A DNA stretch of 64,000 nucleotides from Laetmonice hystrix (GCA_965235115.1 OZ249436.1:25484001-25548000); one strand, 5' to 3'; positions 37,613 to 52,500 are shown, numbered from the stretch's first letter. Numbers and translations: made by a program. Notes: generated by a model not told the origin, from the letters alone.

Positions 37613-40600
37613 TAGCAATATCATACTCCCATGCCATATACGAGCTTGTAATTATCTTTAATTAATGGGCTCCGCAGCACCAACCCACTGCATTAACATT
37701 TGTTTAACAGCTTAACGCACCTTGTAAAATTTGTTCAAGTGCGTAAAAATGCGTGTCCACCTCCACATACTTTAAAAATCACTATACCCACCCAGCGACA
37801 TCCACTCTAATACACGCCTAAAAGGAACTTCACTGTCCCATTTGATTCTCCAGCACGTATAGGATGTTTCAAGTAACATTCATCCACGGTCTGGCCCAAT
37901 AACGTGCAACAAGGCATAGTAAGTCAATGCGAGCTCGCATGTCAAACCTAACCCGCCCCCCAGCACATGAGCTGAAAATATTCAAATAGCTTGAAAACTA
38001 GAATATAGCTTTGCTTAATACCATTATACCATCAACTCGCATTACAGGCCTAATGCGAAGCTCCCAGCCTAAAACGAGTTTCCAATTAATTTAAAGTTAA
38101 CAAGATGCACTAATAATCGATTCCAAGCCTAATTAGGCCATTGCTAGTTGGATAACCAAATCTCATACAAAATACACCCTCCCGGCAGATGACCTGAGAA
38201 TATTCAACTCTTATGTCCGATATATCCCTGTCCGCTTAGTAGCACCCAGCCGGGCCCCCATTTTGACATTGCAACACCAATACAGCAAGTGCCCAGCTAA
38301 CAGCACAAATAACAGGATTCAGGGCTTCCTACCACGTTACAAGTCACAATAGATTGCTGCCTGTCGTAAAAATATACCAGACCATTTTAAAAAGTCACAG
38401 AACCCCAATCCGGCCCTAATATGTCACTCCCAGTACCAATAGACGCTGGAAGCACCATCAACTGAAATTCAGGCCTAGAACCCACCTCTCTCTACCAATA
38501 TCATGCACCTAGTCCGTATACGAGGTTGTAATTTACTTTAATCAACGGGCTGCGCCGCAGCAACCCACTCTGGTCTTTGCAATCTTTTTCAATATGCGTT
38601 AACATTTGTGACCAGCTCAACGCGCCTTGTAAAATTTTTCAAAGTGCGTAAAAGTGTGTGTCCACCCCGACACGCTTTCCAAACCACTATACCCACCGAG
38701 CGACATCCACTCAAATACAGGCTTCGACCGATCCTCACTGTGCCAATAATCCGCCACAAGGCAAATTCAGTCAATGCAAGCTGGAAAATCGAATGTCAAA
38801 CCTAATGCTCCCCCCCCCAGCACGTTAACTGAAAATAATCAACTAGCTTGAAAACTAGAATATAGCTTTGTTTAGCTAACAATCTACTCTCCCAGCGCCA
38901 TCAACTCGCATACAGGCGTAAAAGCAAACGCACTGCCCCATATAATGCTCCCAGCCTAAAGCGATGTTGCAATTAATTTAAAATTAACAAGATGCACTAG
39001 TCATCCGATCCAAGCCTAATTACGTCATTGCTAGTTTCATAACCAAATCTCACAGAAAATACCCCACCCGGGCACATAACCTGAAAATATTCAACTTTTA
39101 TCTCCAATGTATCCCTGTGCACCTAGTAGCACCCAAGCGGGCCCAATTTTGACATTCCAACACAAATACCGCAAATACCCGCCTAATGGCACAAAAAACT
39201 TTCTACCCCGTTGCAAGTCACATTAGCTTGCTGCTTGTCGTAAAAAATGGTGCAGACCATTTCTAAAGTCACAGTACCCCACTCCCGGCCTAATATTACG
39301 TTTGAGTATCCATATACGCTGCAAGCGGCAGGAACTCGAATACAGGCCTAAAAGTAACCCCAGTCTAGCAATATCATACTCCCATGCCATATACGAGCTT
39401 GTAATTATCTTTAATTAATGGGCTCCGCAGCACCAACCCACTGCATTAACATTTGTTTACCAGCTTAGCGCACCTTGTAAAATTTTTTCAAGTGCGTAAA
39501 AATGCGTGTCCACCTCCACATACTTTAAAAATCACTATACCCACCCAGCGACATCCACTCTAATACACGCCTAAAAGGAACTTCACTGTCCCATTTGATT
39601 CTCCAGCACGTATAGGATGTTTCAAGTAACATTCATCCACGGTCTGGCCCAATAACGTGCAACAAGGCATAGTAAGTCAATGCGAGCTCGCATGTCAAAC
39701 CTAACCCGCCCCCCAGCACATGAGCTGAAAATATTCAAATAGCTTGAAAACTAGAATATAGCTTTGCTTAATACCATTATACCATCAACTCGCATTACAG
39801 GCCTAATGCGAAGCTCCCAGCCTAAAACGAGTTTCCAATTAATTTAAAGTTAACAAGATGCACTAATAATCGATTCCAAGCCTAATTAGGCCATTGCTAG
39901 TTGGATAACCAAATCTCATACAAAATACACCCTCCCGGCTGATGACCTGAGAATATTCAACTCTTATGTCCGATATATCCCTGTCCGCTTAGTAGCACCC
40001 AGCCGGGCCCCCATTTTGACATTGCAACACCAATACAGCAAGTGCCGAGCTAACAGCACAAATAACAGGATTCAGGGCTTCCTACCACGTTACAAGTCAC
40101 AATAGATTGCTGCCTGTCGTAAAAATATACCAGACCATTTTAAAAAGTCACAGAACCCCAATCCGGCCCTAATATGTCACTCCCAGTACCAATAGACGCT
40201 GGAAGCACCATCAACTGAAATTCAGGCCTAGAACCCACCTCTCTCTACCAATATCATGCACCTAGTCCGTATACGAGGTTGTAATTTACTTTAATCAACG
40301 GGCTGCGCCGCAGCAACCCACTCTGGTCTTTGCAATCTTTTTCAATATGCGTTAACATTTGTGACCAGCTCAACGCGCCTTGTAAAATTTTTCAAAGTGC
40401 GTAAAAGTGTGTGTCCACCCCGACACGCTTTCCAAACCACTATACCCACCGAGCGACATCCACTCAAATACAGGCTTCGACCGATCCTCACTGTGCCAAT
40501 AATCCGCCACAAGGCAAATTCAGTCAATGCAAGCTGGAAAATCGAATGTCACACCTAATGCTTCCCCCCCCCCCCAGCACGTTAACTGAAAATAATCAAC

Positions 40601-41515
40601 TAGCTTGAAAACTAGAATATAGCTTTGTTTAGCTAACAATCTACTCTCCCAGCGCCATCAACTCGCATACAGGCGTAAAAGCAAACGCACTGCCCCATAT
40701 AATGCTCCCAGCCTAAAACGATGTTGCAATTAATTTAAAATTAACAAGATGCACTAGTCATCCGATCCAAGCCTAATTACGTCATTGCTAGTTTCATAAC
40801 CAAATCTCACAGAAAATACCCCACCCGGGCACATAACCTGAAAATATTCAACTTTTATCTCCAATGTATCCCTGTGCACCTAGTAGCACCCAAGCGAGCC
40901 CAATTTTGACATTCCAACACAAATGCCGCAAATACCCGCCTAATGGCACAAAAAACTTTCTACCCCGTTGCAAGTCACATTAGCTTGCTGCTTGTCGTAA
41001 AAAATGGTGCAGACCATTTCTAAAGTCACAGTACCCCACTCCCGGCCTAATATTACGTTTGAGTATCCATATACGCTGCAAGCGGCAGGAACTCGAATAC
41101 AGGCCTAAAAGTAACCCCAGTCTAGCAATATCATACTCCCATGCCATATACGAGCTTGTAATTATCTTTAATTAATGGGCTCCGCAGCACCAACCCACTG
41201 CATTAACATTTGTTTACCAGCTTAACGCACCTTGTAAAATTTTTTCAAGTGCGTAAAAATGTGTGTCCACCTCCACATACTTTAAAAATCACTATACCCA
41301 CCCAGCGACATCCACTCTAATACACGCCTAAAAGGAACTTCACTGTCCCATTTGATTCTCCAGCCCGTATAGGATGTTTCAAGTAACATTCATCCACGGT
41401 CTGGCCCAATAACGTGCAACAAGGCATAGTAAGTCAATGCGAGCTCGCATGTCAAACCTAACCCGCCCCCCAGCACATGAGCTGAAAATATTCAAATAGC
41501 TTGAAAACTAGAATA
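37613..41515. repeat. 1.75-kb macrosatellite
   Basis: Landmarks at 38608 and 40361. Confidence 0.97.
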
Positions 41516-41729
41516 AGGACTCGACGCCACACGTCGGGTACCTTTATGTAGGCAAAACGAAGACTTTAATTGGTACTATATGCTTATACAATACCAAAAG
41601 TATGTTGTAGTATAGCGTATGAGGCTTCTGTCGATTCTTCCGGTCTCCATATTGGTTCTCGGACAGGATCTCACGTTATATCAGAAGGAAGGAAACGGAA
41701 GAATGGAACCGGGAACCCTGGGTGAGAGG

Positions 41730-41736
41730 TATAAAT
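41730..41736 (+). promoter_or_regulatory. Candidate TATA box in block A of family-2 element (copy at 45823-45829)
   Basis: gg-TATAAAT-acgg lies about 25-35 bp upstream of a pyrimidine-rich ctctctcctcaga stretch, an LTR-like promoter layout; positional inference only. Confidence 0.35.
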
Positions 41737-43706
41737 ACGGAAAACCGTCGACGCAGTACCCTCTCTCCTCAGACTACACGAGCGTTCTCTACGTTTCAAA
41801 GGCTCGCCGCGATCAGACGACCTTTGTTCCTCACACTACGGGTGAGTTCGTTCTACTGTTGGGTATTCCGTCAAGCGTAGAGTAGCTTATTGCGTGTATT
41901 TCGGTTTATGACTTTCTGCAACACCTCTGGTGTATGTCTAAACAGATTCAGTAACTTTCTTGTGGATCCGAAATAGGCCAAGAGGGCGCACAGTTCACTG
42001 TATACGGGACCAACCCGTCCTTTGTTATTCGGTCGGTAGGACTCACGTAGTTGAGACGAAAGGTCATGTGTGGGTTGGAGTGTTGTTTATCGCCACATTT
42101 TGCGTTCGATCGACAACGTTTGCGGGCCAATGTTCTGTAGTTGTACCTTTCTTTGTCCTCTGCATTGAGCCACAGGGATTTCAGTCTGTATTACCACAGG
42201 GCAGTTGTGGTTCAGATACGGTCACCGGAGTTTTCGACAGTATTGGACAGGACGGTATATAAAATCGGTAGGTTTCCTGGATTAGTTTAGACGTTATGAG
42301 GATAATAGTGACATTGATAGGGTTAACCATTAATTGTACGCCAGTCTTTGTCCTGTGTATTTAGTCATTAGGATTTTCAGTTTGTATTAGCACGGGACAG
42401 TTATGGTCCATCTGCGGTTTGCACCGGAGGGTTTCGACTGAATTGAACGATGTATAAGTTAGTGGTTTCCCAGGATGGTTTAGACTTTATGTGATTGTAG
42501 TAACATTGTTATACGTTTAACGATGTGTGTAAATTCGTACCAGTCTTTGTCCTCCGTTCGGAGGCACTAGGATTTCAGTCGGCATTACCACGCTCTGGGA
42601 TTTCTTTTCGACTGAACTGGACGATGTATGAATTAGTGGTTCAGGGAATTAGTGTATCAATTGGGGGCGGTGTACCCCAGTTCCGTCTTTACACCGTTGG
42701 TGGTTGTGCATGTGCAGTTTAGATGTTGTGTTCTGGGGTCGCCCCTCATTGGTGGGTTTTACTTTATGTCATGTTATGTTATGTTACGTTGTGTAATGTT
42801 ATGTTATGCGTGGGTTCCGTCTCTCCTGGGGCAACCGTAACCTTTGTCGGGAGTAGAGGTAGTGTTCCCAAAGCATGTTGTACTTGGATTTTCGGCTGGG
42901 GTCCGGTGTCCCGGGGTTCCGTCGTCCCCGCCGTATGTTGTCAGCTAGGGCACTTCGAGGAAGTGAGGTTGTGTTCCCCGGGCGGCCTCGCGGGGTCCAT
43001 TATTAGTGGTCGTGTTTCGCCACCCTAGGTTTCATATAGGAGTGTGCTTAGTAAAACTCGTCTCTTGTCCAGTACTTCAGTGGATAGGCTATTTTACGGA
43101 TATGTGTTTTGTTTAGTTCGTCCACATCTTCGGACTTCGGTGTGAACCCCCTTTTCCTTCGATATTACCCAGTAATCTTGTTTAATTTTACCTGACCAAT
43201 CATGTTTAGTGGACCAGCATAATATCTGGGTAATAGCAAGATGTCCGCTTTAGTTATTTTAGGCGAGTTACGATCTCCACTCAGCTGGCCGCTTCCATTA
43301 GGTCACGGGTATTAATGTTATAATGTAGACTATAATCTTTATTATACTGTTGTCGTTACTCAAATGGATTGTATTGAGTGAGATTGTGTTCCTTTGGGTT
43401 CCGTCTCTCCTTAAGTTGTTGAAGTTAGTGATGCTGTGTTCCCATGTGGGTTCCGTCACTCCTCAAATTATGCTGGAATCTTGTTCCTAAGAGTTCTGTT
43501 GATCCTCAAATGGTGTACCCAAGCAGTGGGGTTGTTTCTGTGCGTTTTGTGGCTCACATTTGTTAAAAAGTGGATTCCTATTCCAATGGACCCCGTCACT
43601 CCATTTTATTAAGGTTCTGTCGCTTGTGTCCCCTAGTTATTTAGAAGTGAGGTTATGTTCAAGTGGTTCCATCACTTAATTTTATAATTTTATATTATGA
43701 TAAATA

Positions 43707-43738
<32 letters not shown>
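43707..43738. repeat. (ATT)n microsatellite in an AT-rich low-complexity tract (~43680-43910)
   Basis: About 10 consecutive att units. Confidence 0.9.
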
Positions 43739-46508
43739 GTTGTCTTATTATTTTAGTGGTTTATTATTTTTAGTAGTCTTATTTTATTATTATTTTAATT
43801 ATCAATTTTATAGTATTGTTATAAAATATTAATTTTTAATTATTATCCCATTTATTACGATTATGATTCATTTTATTACTGTTTTATTTATAATTATTAT
43901 TATAATAACTGTACCTCAAGTTTCCGTCACTCATTTTATTACTATTAATGGGAGTATGTTCCTGAGGATCCGTCTAGGGATGCGAGGTTGTTGGATCACT
44001 CCGCTTTCTAATACTTTGTGTGGGGGGTGCGGTGTCTTGAGAGACCGTCACTCATATTAGCCTGGTTATCAGGAGTTAGATTGTGTTTTAATGGGGTCTG
44101 TCACTCCAGTTTATTACTATTATTGGCTGGGTGTTTCCAAGGATCCGTTACTGATTATGTCCTGACTGAGAGCTGGATTGTGTTCATATAGGCCTACTCC
44201 GTGTCAGTTGGGTGGTATTCCTGCGGTACCATCCCTCATATTTTCCTGGTTAATTAGGAGTTGCGTTGTGTTCTAATGGAGACCGTCACTCCAATTTATT
44301 ACCTTTGTGATGGATACCGTGTCTGTCCATGTACCTTTCTAAAGTTTATCACCTATAGTCTTATTGTTCAAAATTACTGCTTGGAATATTTATTGCTCTT
44401 CCAGTGTTCGCTTCGAAGCGTGGTGCCTTCTACCAGAGTTTTTCTTAGGAGGTTATCCGGTGGGAAATATGTTGTATAGTATGTCAGCGACGACATACAA
44501 TTTGAATTTCCAGTCGTTCCGCCAGTGTGAGTTACCCTTTAAGTTACGTTACGGGTAGTGCAGGAGTGTCGGGCTCTGTAGCATTATCTAGTTTTGGTAA
44601 GGTAAGGTGACTGGACGAGGAGGAAGAAGAAGTAACATCGGTTGGACAGGAGTGTACTCTCGTCTGGCCTCAACCACATACCTCCTTGGATGTTGACCTG
44701 GAAGCTTGGCGTTTATTGAACAGTACCGTGGTTGGAGTTGTTATTAGTAGTAGTATTATTTTCTAATTTGGCCCCAAGTGAAGTGGAATGGAGGTGGGGC
44801 CACATTGTTTCCCGGGTTTTCGGTTATCATAATTTTCATAATCTCAACATAAGGATTAATAATGTTTTACGTTGGATGTTGTCCTTTGGGTTCGACTAGC
44901 TGGATGTGATACTCAGCCTGTCATGGGAATTTAAGTCGTTCATCAGCAATTTGACAAGATTCAAAGCTTTATTGTATTCAAGTTGCAGGTACGGAGGCGA
45001 TGCCAATTTCGGACAGGGAATGATTGGATCCATGTTAATTGTTGACAGTGGGTTATCGGAACGCGGTGGGTCTGGAGATGATTGGTTCCGGATCTTTCAA
45101 CTCCCATAACCGGACGTTAGCGCTCAATTGAGGCTTCTGGTGAGGTATCGGTTGGATGCGTTCGGACTGTAAGCTTGCCTTCTTTGGTGGCTCCAGCTGC
45201 ATCTTCGATCCAGCTTAGTGGCCTTGTTGTCTCCACCTAATAAGGCAGGACTATAAGTAATAGGCCTACCCATGGAATTTTGGCCAATGTATCTCCATAT
45301 ATCTATAATGTATTATCAATTGTCATTATCTATTATCAGTTGTCATTATATATTATTACTATGTTATTTATACAGTTATATATAATAGTATGTTATTTAT
45401 ACTTGTTATATATTATATTATAGTATATTAATATATCATTTATATGTGTTATATATATTTATCATTTACCATCTTATATGATGTAATGTTTTGTATGTGG
45501 GATTGTATGTAGAGTCTCCCCAGTTGGGGATGATCGACGGGTTACGCAATAAAAATGTAACCTACTATACTTTTCACATACAGCCTCTGAGTTTTGACTA
45601 CATAAATAAGGACTCGACGCCACACGTCGGGTACCTTTATGTAGGCAAAACGAAGACTTTAATTGGTACTATATGCTTATACAATACCAAAAGTATGTTG
45701 TAGTATAGCGTATGAGGCTTCTGTCGATTCTTCCGGTCTCCATATTGGTTCTCGGACAGGATCTCACGTTATATCAGAAGGAAGGAAACGGAAGAATGGA
45801 ACCGGGAACCCTGGGTGAGAGGTATAAATACGGAAAACCGTCGACGCAGTACCCTCTCTCCTCAGACTACACGAGCGTTCTCTACGTTTCAAAGGCTCGC
45901 CGCGATCAGACGTCCCACCTCCGCCCCGACTCCTCCATACCTCCCTGAGGACACTGGGGATATTTCGTCGTAGCGTCTTTGACCACGTTCATGGGGTCAT
46001 AATTATGACCAGGGGTTGGTTAAGGGTGGTACCGGGGTCAGCGTGGTCTGCCCGGGCTTTTTGCGGGGTTATACAGGGATGTGGGTCGTGGGAGGGAACT
46101 CGTGGTCTAGGACTGTGTGGGCCTTGTTGTCTCCACCTAATAAGGCAGGACTATAAGTAATAGGCCTACCCATGGAATTTTGGCCAATGTATCTCCATAT
46201 ATCTATAATGTATTATCAATTGTCATTATCTATTATCAGTTGTCATTATATATTATTACTATGTTATTTATACAGTTATATATAATAGTATGTTATTTAT
46301 ACTTGTTATATATTATATTATAGTATATTAATATATCATTTATATGTGTTATATATATTTATCATTTACCATCTTATATGATGTAATGTTTTGTATGTGG
46401 GATTGTATGTAGAGTCTCCCCGGTTGGGGATGATCGACGGGTTACGCAATAAAAATGTAACCTACTATACTTTTCACATACAGCCTCTGAGTTTTGACTA
46501 CATAAATA

Positions 46509-49500
46509 TAGCTTTGCTTAATACCATTATACCATCAACTCGCATTACAGGCCTAATGCGAAGCTCCCAGCCTAAAACGAGTTTCCAATTAATTTAAAGT
46601 TAACAAGATGCACTAATAATCGATTCCAAGCCTAATTAGGCCATTGCTAGTTGGGTAACCAAATCTCATACAAAATACACCCTCCCGGCAGATGACCTGA
46701 GAATATTCAACTCTTATGTCCGATATATCCCTGTCCGCTTAGTAGCACCCAGCCGGGCCCCCATTTTGACATTGCAACACCAATACAGCAAGTGCCCAGC
46801 TAACAGCACAAATAACAGGATTCAGGGCTTCCTACCACGTTACAAGTCACAATAGATTGCTGCCTGTCGTAAAAATATACCAGACCATTTTAAAAAGTCA
46901 CAGAACCCCAATCCGGCCCTAATATGTCACTGCCAGTACCAATAGACGCTGGAAGCACCATCAACTGAAATTCAGGCCTAGAACCCACCTCTCTCTACCA
47001 ATATCATGCACCTAGTCCGTATACGAGGTTGTAATTTACTTTAATCAACGGGCTGCGCCGCAGCAACCCACTCTGGTCTTTGCAATCTTTTTCAATATGC
47101 GTTAACATTTGTGACCAGCTCAACGCGCCTTGTAAAATTTTTCAAAGTGCGTAAAAGTGTGTGTCCACCCCGACACGCTTTCCAAACCACTGTACCCACC
47201 GAGCGACATCCACTCAAATACAGGCTTCGACCGATCCTCACTGTGCCAATAATCCGCCACAAGGCAAATTCAGTCAATGCAAGCTGGAAAATCGAATGTC
47301 AAACCTAATGCTCCCCCCCCCCCAGCACGTTAACTGAAAATAATCAACTAGCTTGAAAACTAGAATATAGCTTTGTTTAGCTAACAATCTACTCTCCCAG
47401 CGCCATCAACTCGCATACAGGCGTAAAAGCAAACGCACTGCCCCATATAATGCACCCAGCCTAAAGCGATGTTGCAATTAATTTAAAATTAACAAGATGC
47501 ACTAGTAATCCGATCCAAGCCTAATTACGTCATTGCTAGTTTCATAACCAAATCTCACAGAAAATACCCCACCCGGGCACATAACCTGAAAATATTCAAC
47601 TTTTATCTCCAATGTATCCCTGTGCACCTAGTAGCACCCAAGCGGGCCCAATTTTGACATTCCAACACAAATACCGCAAATAGCCGCCTAATGGCACAAA
47701 AAACTTTCTACCCCGTTGCAAGTCACATTAGCTTGCTGCTTGTCGTAAAAAATGGTGCAGACCATTTCTAAAGTCACAGTACCCCACTCCCGGCCTAATA
47801 TTACGTTTCAGTATCCATATACGCTGCAAGCGGCAGGAACTCGAATACAGGCCTAAAAGTAACCCCAGTCTAGCAATATCATACTCCCATGCCATATACG
47901 AGCTTGTAATTATCTTTAATTAATGGGCTCCGCAGCACCAACCCACTGCATTAACATTTGTTTAACAGCTTAACGCACCTTGTAAAATTTGTTCAAGTGC
48001 GTAAAAATGCGTGTCCACCTCCACATACTTTAAAAATCACTATACCCACCCAGCGACATCCACTCTAATACACGCCTAAAAGGAACTTCACTGTCCCATT
48101 TGATTCTCCAGCACGTATAGGATGTTTCAAGTAACATTCATCCACGGTCTGGCCCAATAACGTGCAACAAGGCATAGTAAGTCAATGCGAGCTCGCATGT
48201 CAAACCTAACCCGCCCCCCAGCACATGAGCTGAAAATATTCAAATAGCTTGAAAACTAGAATATAGCTTTGCTTAATACCATTATACCATCAACTCGCAT
48301 TACAGGCCTAATGCGAAGCTCCCAGCCTAAAACGAGTTTCCAATTAATTTAAAGTTAACAAGATGCACTAATAATCGATTCCAAGCCTAATTAGGCCATT
48401 GCTAGTTGGATAACCAAATCTCATACAAAATACACCCTCCCGGCAGATGACCTGAGAATATTCAACTCTTATGTCCGATATATCCCTGTCCGCTTAGTAG
48501 CACCCAGCCGGGCCCCCATTTTGACATTGCAACACCAATACAGCAAGTGCCCAGCTAACAGCACAAATAACAGGATTCAGGGCTTCCTACCACGTTACAA
48601 GTCACAATAGATTGCTGCCTGTCGTAAAAATATACCAGACCATTTTAAAAAGTCACAGAACCCCAATCCGGCCCTAATATGTCACTCCCAGTACCAATAG
48701 ACGCTGGAAGCACCATCAACTGAAATTCAGGCCTAGAACCCACCTCTCTCTACCAATATCATGCACCTAGTCCGTATACGAGGTTGTAATTTACTTTAAT
48801 CAACGGGCTGCGCCGCAGCAACCCACTCTGGTCTTTGCAATCTTTTTCAATATGCGTTAACATTTGTGACCAGCTCAACGCGCCTTGTAAATTTTTTCAA
48901 AGTGCGTAAAAGTGTGTGTCCACCCCGACACGATTTCCAAACCACTATACCCACCGAGCGACATCCACTCAAATACAGGCTTCGACCGATCCTCACTGTG
49001 CCAATAATCCGCCACAAGGCAAATTTAGTCAATGCAAGCTGGAAAATCGAATGTCAAACCTAATGCTCCCCCCCCCCCAGCACGTTAACTGAAAATAATC
49101 AACTAGCTTGAAAACTAGAATATAGCTTTGTTTAGCTAACAATCTACTCTCCCAGCGCCATCAACTCGCATACAGGCGTAAAAGCAAACGCACTGCCCCA
49201 TATAATGCTCCCAGCCTAAAGTGATGTTGCAATTAATTTAAAATTAACAAGATGCACTAGTAATCCGATCCAAGCCTAATTACGTCATTGCTAGTTTCAT
49301 AACCAAATCTCACAGAAAATACCCCACCCGGGCACATAACCTGAAAATATTCAACTTTTATCTCCAATGTATCCCTGTGCACCTAGTAGCACCCAAGCGG
49401 GCCCAATTTTGACATTCCAACACAAATACCGCAAATACCCGCCTAATGGCACAAAAAACTTTCTACCCCGTTGCAAGTCACATTAGCTTGCTGCTTGTCG

Positions 49501-52500
49501 TAAAAAATGGTGCAGACCATTTCTAAAGTCACAGTACCCCACTCCCGGCCTAATATTACGTTTCAGTATCCATATACGCTGCAAGCGGCAGGAACTCGAA
49601 TACAGGCCTAAAAGTAACCCCAGTCTAGCAATATCATACTCCCATGCCATATACGAGCTTGTAATTATCTTTAATTAATGGGCTCCGCAGCACCAACCCA
49701 CTGCATTAACATTTGTTTAACAGCTTAACGCACCTTGTAAAATTTGTTCAAGTGCGTAAAAATGCGTGTCCACCTCCACATACTTTAAAAATCACTATAC
49801 CCACCCAGCGACATCCACTCTAATACACGCCTAAAAGGAACTTCACTGTCCCATTTGATTCTCCAGCACGTATAGGATGTTTCAAGTAACATTCATCCAC
49901 GGTCTGGCCCAATAACGTGCAACAAGGCATAGTAAGTCAATGCGAGCTCGCATGTCAAACCTAACCCGCCCCCCAGCACATGAGCTGAAAATATTCAAAT
50001 AGCTTGAAAACTAGAATATAGCTTTGCTTAATACCATTATACCATCAACTCGCATTACAGGCCTAATACGAAGATCCCAGCCTAAAACGAGTTTCCAATT
50101 AATTTAAAGTTAACAAGATGCACTAATAATCGATTCCAAGCCTAATTAGGCCATTGCTAGTTGGATAACAAAATCTCATACAAAATACACCCTCCCGGCA
50201 GATGACCTGAGAATATTCAACTCTTATGTCCGATATATCCCTGTCCGCTTAGTAGCACCCAGCCGGGCCCCCATTTTGACATTGCAACACCAATACAGCA
50301 AGTGCCCAGCTAACAGCACAAATAACAGGATTCAGGGCTTCCTACCACGTTACAAGTCACAATAGATTGCTGCCTGTCGTAAAAATATACCAGACCATTT
50401 TAAAAAGTCACAGAACCCCAATTCGGCCCTAGTATGTCACTCCCAGTACCAATAGACGCTGGAAGCACCATCAACTGAAATTCAGGCCTAGAACCCACCT
50501 CTCTCTACCAATATCATGCACCTAGTCCGTATACGAGGTTGTAATTTACTTTAATCAACGGGCTGCGCCGCAGCAACCCACTCTGGTCTTTGCAATCTTT
50601 TTTAATATGCGTTAACATTTGTGACCAGCTCAACGCGCCTTGTAAAATTTTTCAAAGTGCGTAAAAGTGTGTGTCCACCCCGACACGCTTTCCAAACCAC
50701 TATACCCACCGAGCGACATCCACTCAAATACAGGCTTCGACCGATCCTCGCTGTGCCAATAATCCGCCACAAGGCAAATTCAGTCAATGCAAGCTGGAAA
50801 ATCGAATGTCAAACCTAATGCTCCCCCCCCCCAGCACGTTAACTGAAAATAATCAACTAGCTTGAAAACTAGAATATAGCTTTGTTTAGCTAACAATCTA
50901 CTCTCCCAGCGCCATCAACTCGCATACAGGCGTAAAAGCAAACGCACTGCCCCATATAATGCTCCCAGCCTAAAGCGATGTTGCAATTAATTTAAAATTA
51001 ACAAGATGCACTAGTAATCCGATCCAAGCCTAATTACGTCATTGCTAGTTTCATAACCAAATCTCACAGAAAATACCCCACCCGGGCACATAACCTGAAA
51101 ATATTCAACTTTTATCTCCAATGTATCCCTGTGCACCTAGTAGCACCCAAGCGGGCCCAATTTTGACATTCCAACACAAATACCGCAAATACCCGCCTAA
51201 TGGCACAAAAAACTTTCTACCCCGTTGCAAGTCACATTAGCTTGCTGCTTGTCGTAAAAAATGGTGCAGACCATTTCTAAAGTCACAGTACCCCACTCCC
51301 GGCCTAATATTACGTTTCAGTATCCATATACGCTGCAAGCGGCAGGAACTCGAATACAGGCCTAAAAGTAACCCCAGTCTAGCAATATCATACTCCCATG
51401 CCATATACGAGCTTGTAATTATCTTTAATTAATGGGCTCCGCAGCACCAACCCACTGCATTAACATTTGTTTAACAGCTTAACGCACCTTGTAAAATTTG
51501 TTCAAGTGCGTAAAAATGCGTGTCCACCTCCACATACTTTAAAAATCACTATACCCACCCAGCGACATCCACTCTAATACACGCCTAAAAGGAACTTCAC
51601 TGTCCCATTTGATTCTCCAGCACGTATAGGATGTTTCAAGTAACATTCATCCACGGTCTGGCCCAATAACGTGCAACAAGGCATAGTAAGTCAATGCGAG
51701 CTCGCATGTCAAACCTAACCCGCCCCCCAGCACATGAGCTGAAAATATTCAAATAGCTTGAAAACTAGAATATAGCTTTGCTTAATACCATTATACCATC
51801 AACTCGCATTACAGGCCTAATGCGAAGCTCCCAGCCTAAAACGAGTTTCCAATTAATTTAAAGTTAACAAGATGCACTAATAATCGATTCCAAGCCTAAT
51901 TAGGCCATTGCTAGTTGGATAACCAAATCTCATACAAAATACACCCTCCCGGCAGATGACCTGAGAATATTCAACTCTTATGTCCGATATATCCCTGTCC
52001 GCTTAGTAGCACCCAGCCGGGCCCCCATTTTGACATTGCAACACCAATACAGCAAGTGCCCAGCTAACAGCACAAATAACAGGATTCAGGGCTTCCTACC
52101 ACGTTACAAGTCACAATAGATTGCTGCCTGTCGTAAAAATATACCAGACCATTTTAAAAAGTCACAGAACCCCAATCCGGCCCTAATATGTCACTCCCAG
52201 TACCAATAGACGCTGGAAGCACCATCAACTGAAATTCAGGCCTAGAACCCACCTCTCTCTACCAATATCATGCACCTAGTCCGTATACGAGGTTGTAATT
52301 TACTTTAATCAACGGGCTGCGCCGCAGCAACCCACTCTGGTCTTTGCAATCTTTTTCAATATGCGTTAACATTTGTGACCAGCTCAACGCACCTTGTAAA
52401 ATTTTTCAAAGTGCGTAAAAGTGTGTGTCCACCCCGACACGCTTTCCAAACCACTATACCCACCGAGCGACATCCACTCAAATACAGGCTTCGACCGATC

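Larger units (their letters stand above)
41516..46508 (+). mobile_element. Non-autonomous split-direct-repeat retroelement, Ngaro-type, family 2 (4993 bp)
   Basis: A1 41516-41819 = A2 45609-45912 (304 bp). B1 45220-45608 = B2 46120-46508 (389 bp, one mismatch seen). 207-bp spacer between A2 and B2. Internal junction cata-AATA-aggac reproduces the outer ends; inserted at satellite tag-AATA-tagc with no separate TSD. No long ORF. Confidence 0.85.

Noticed and set aside
44860..45110. Possible coding relic in family-2 element
   Set aside because: Short frames on both strands with no recognisable RT, RNase H, YR or gag motif.
41516..45912. Ordinary LTR retrotransposon
   Set aside because: No TG...CA ends or 4-6 bp TSD, and a second repeat pair (B1/B2) interleaves with A, which is split-repeat architecture.
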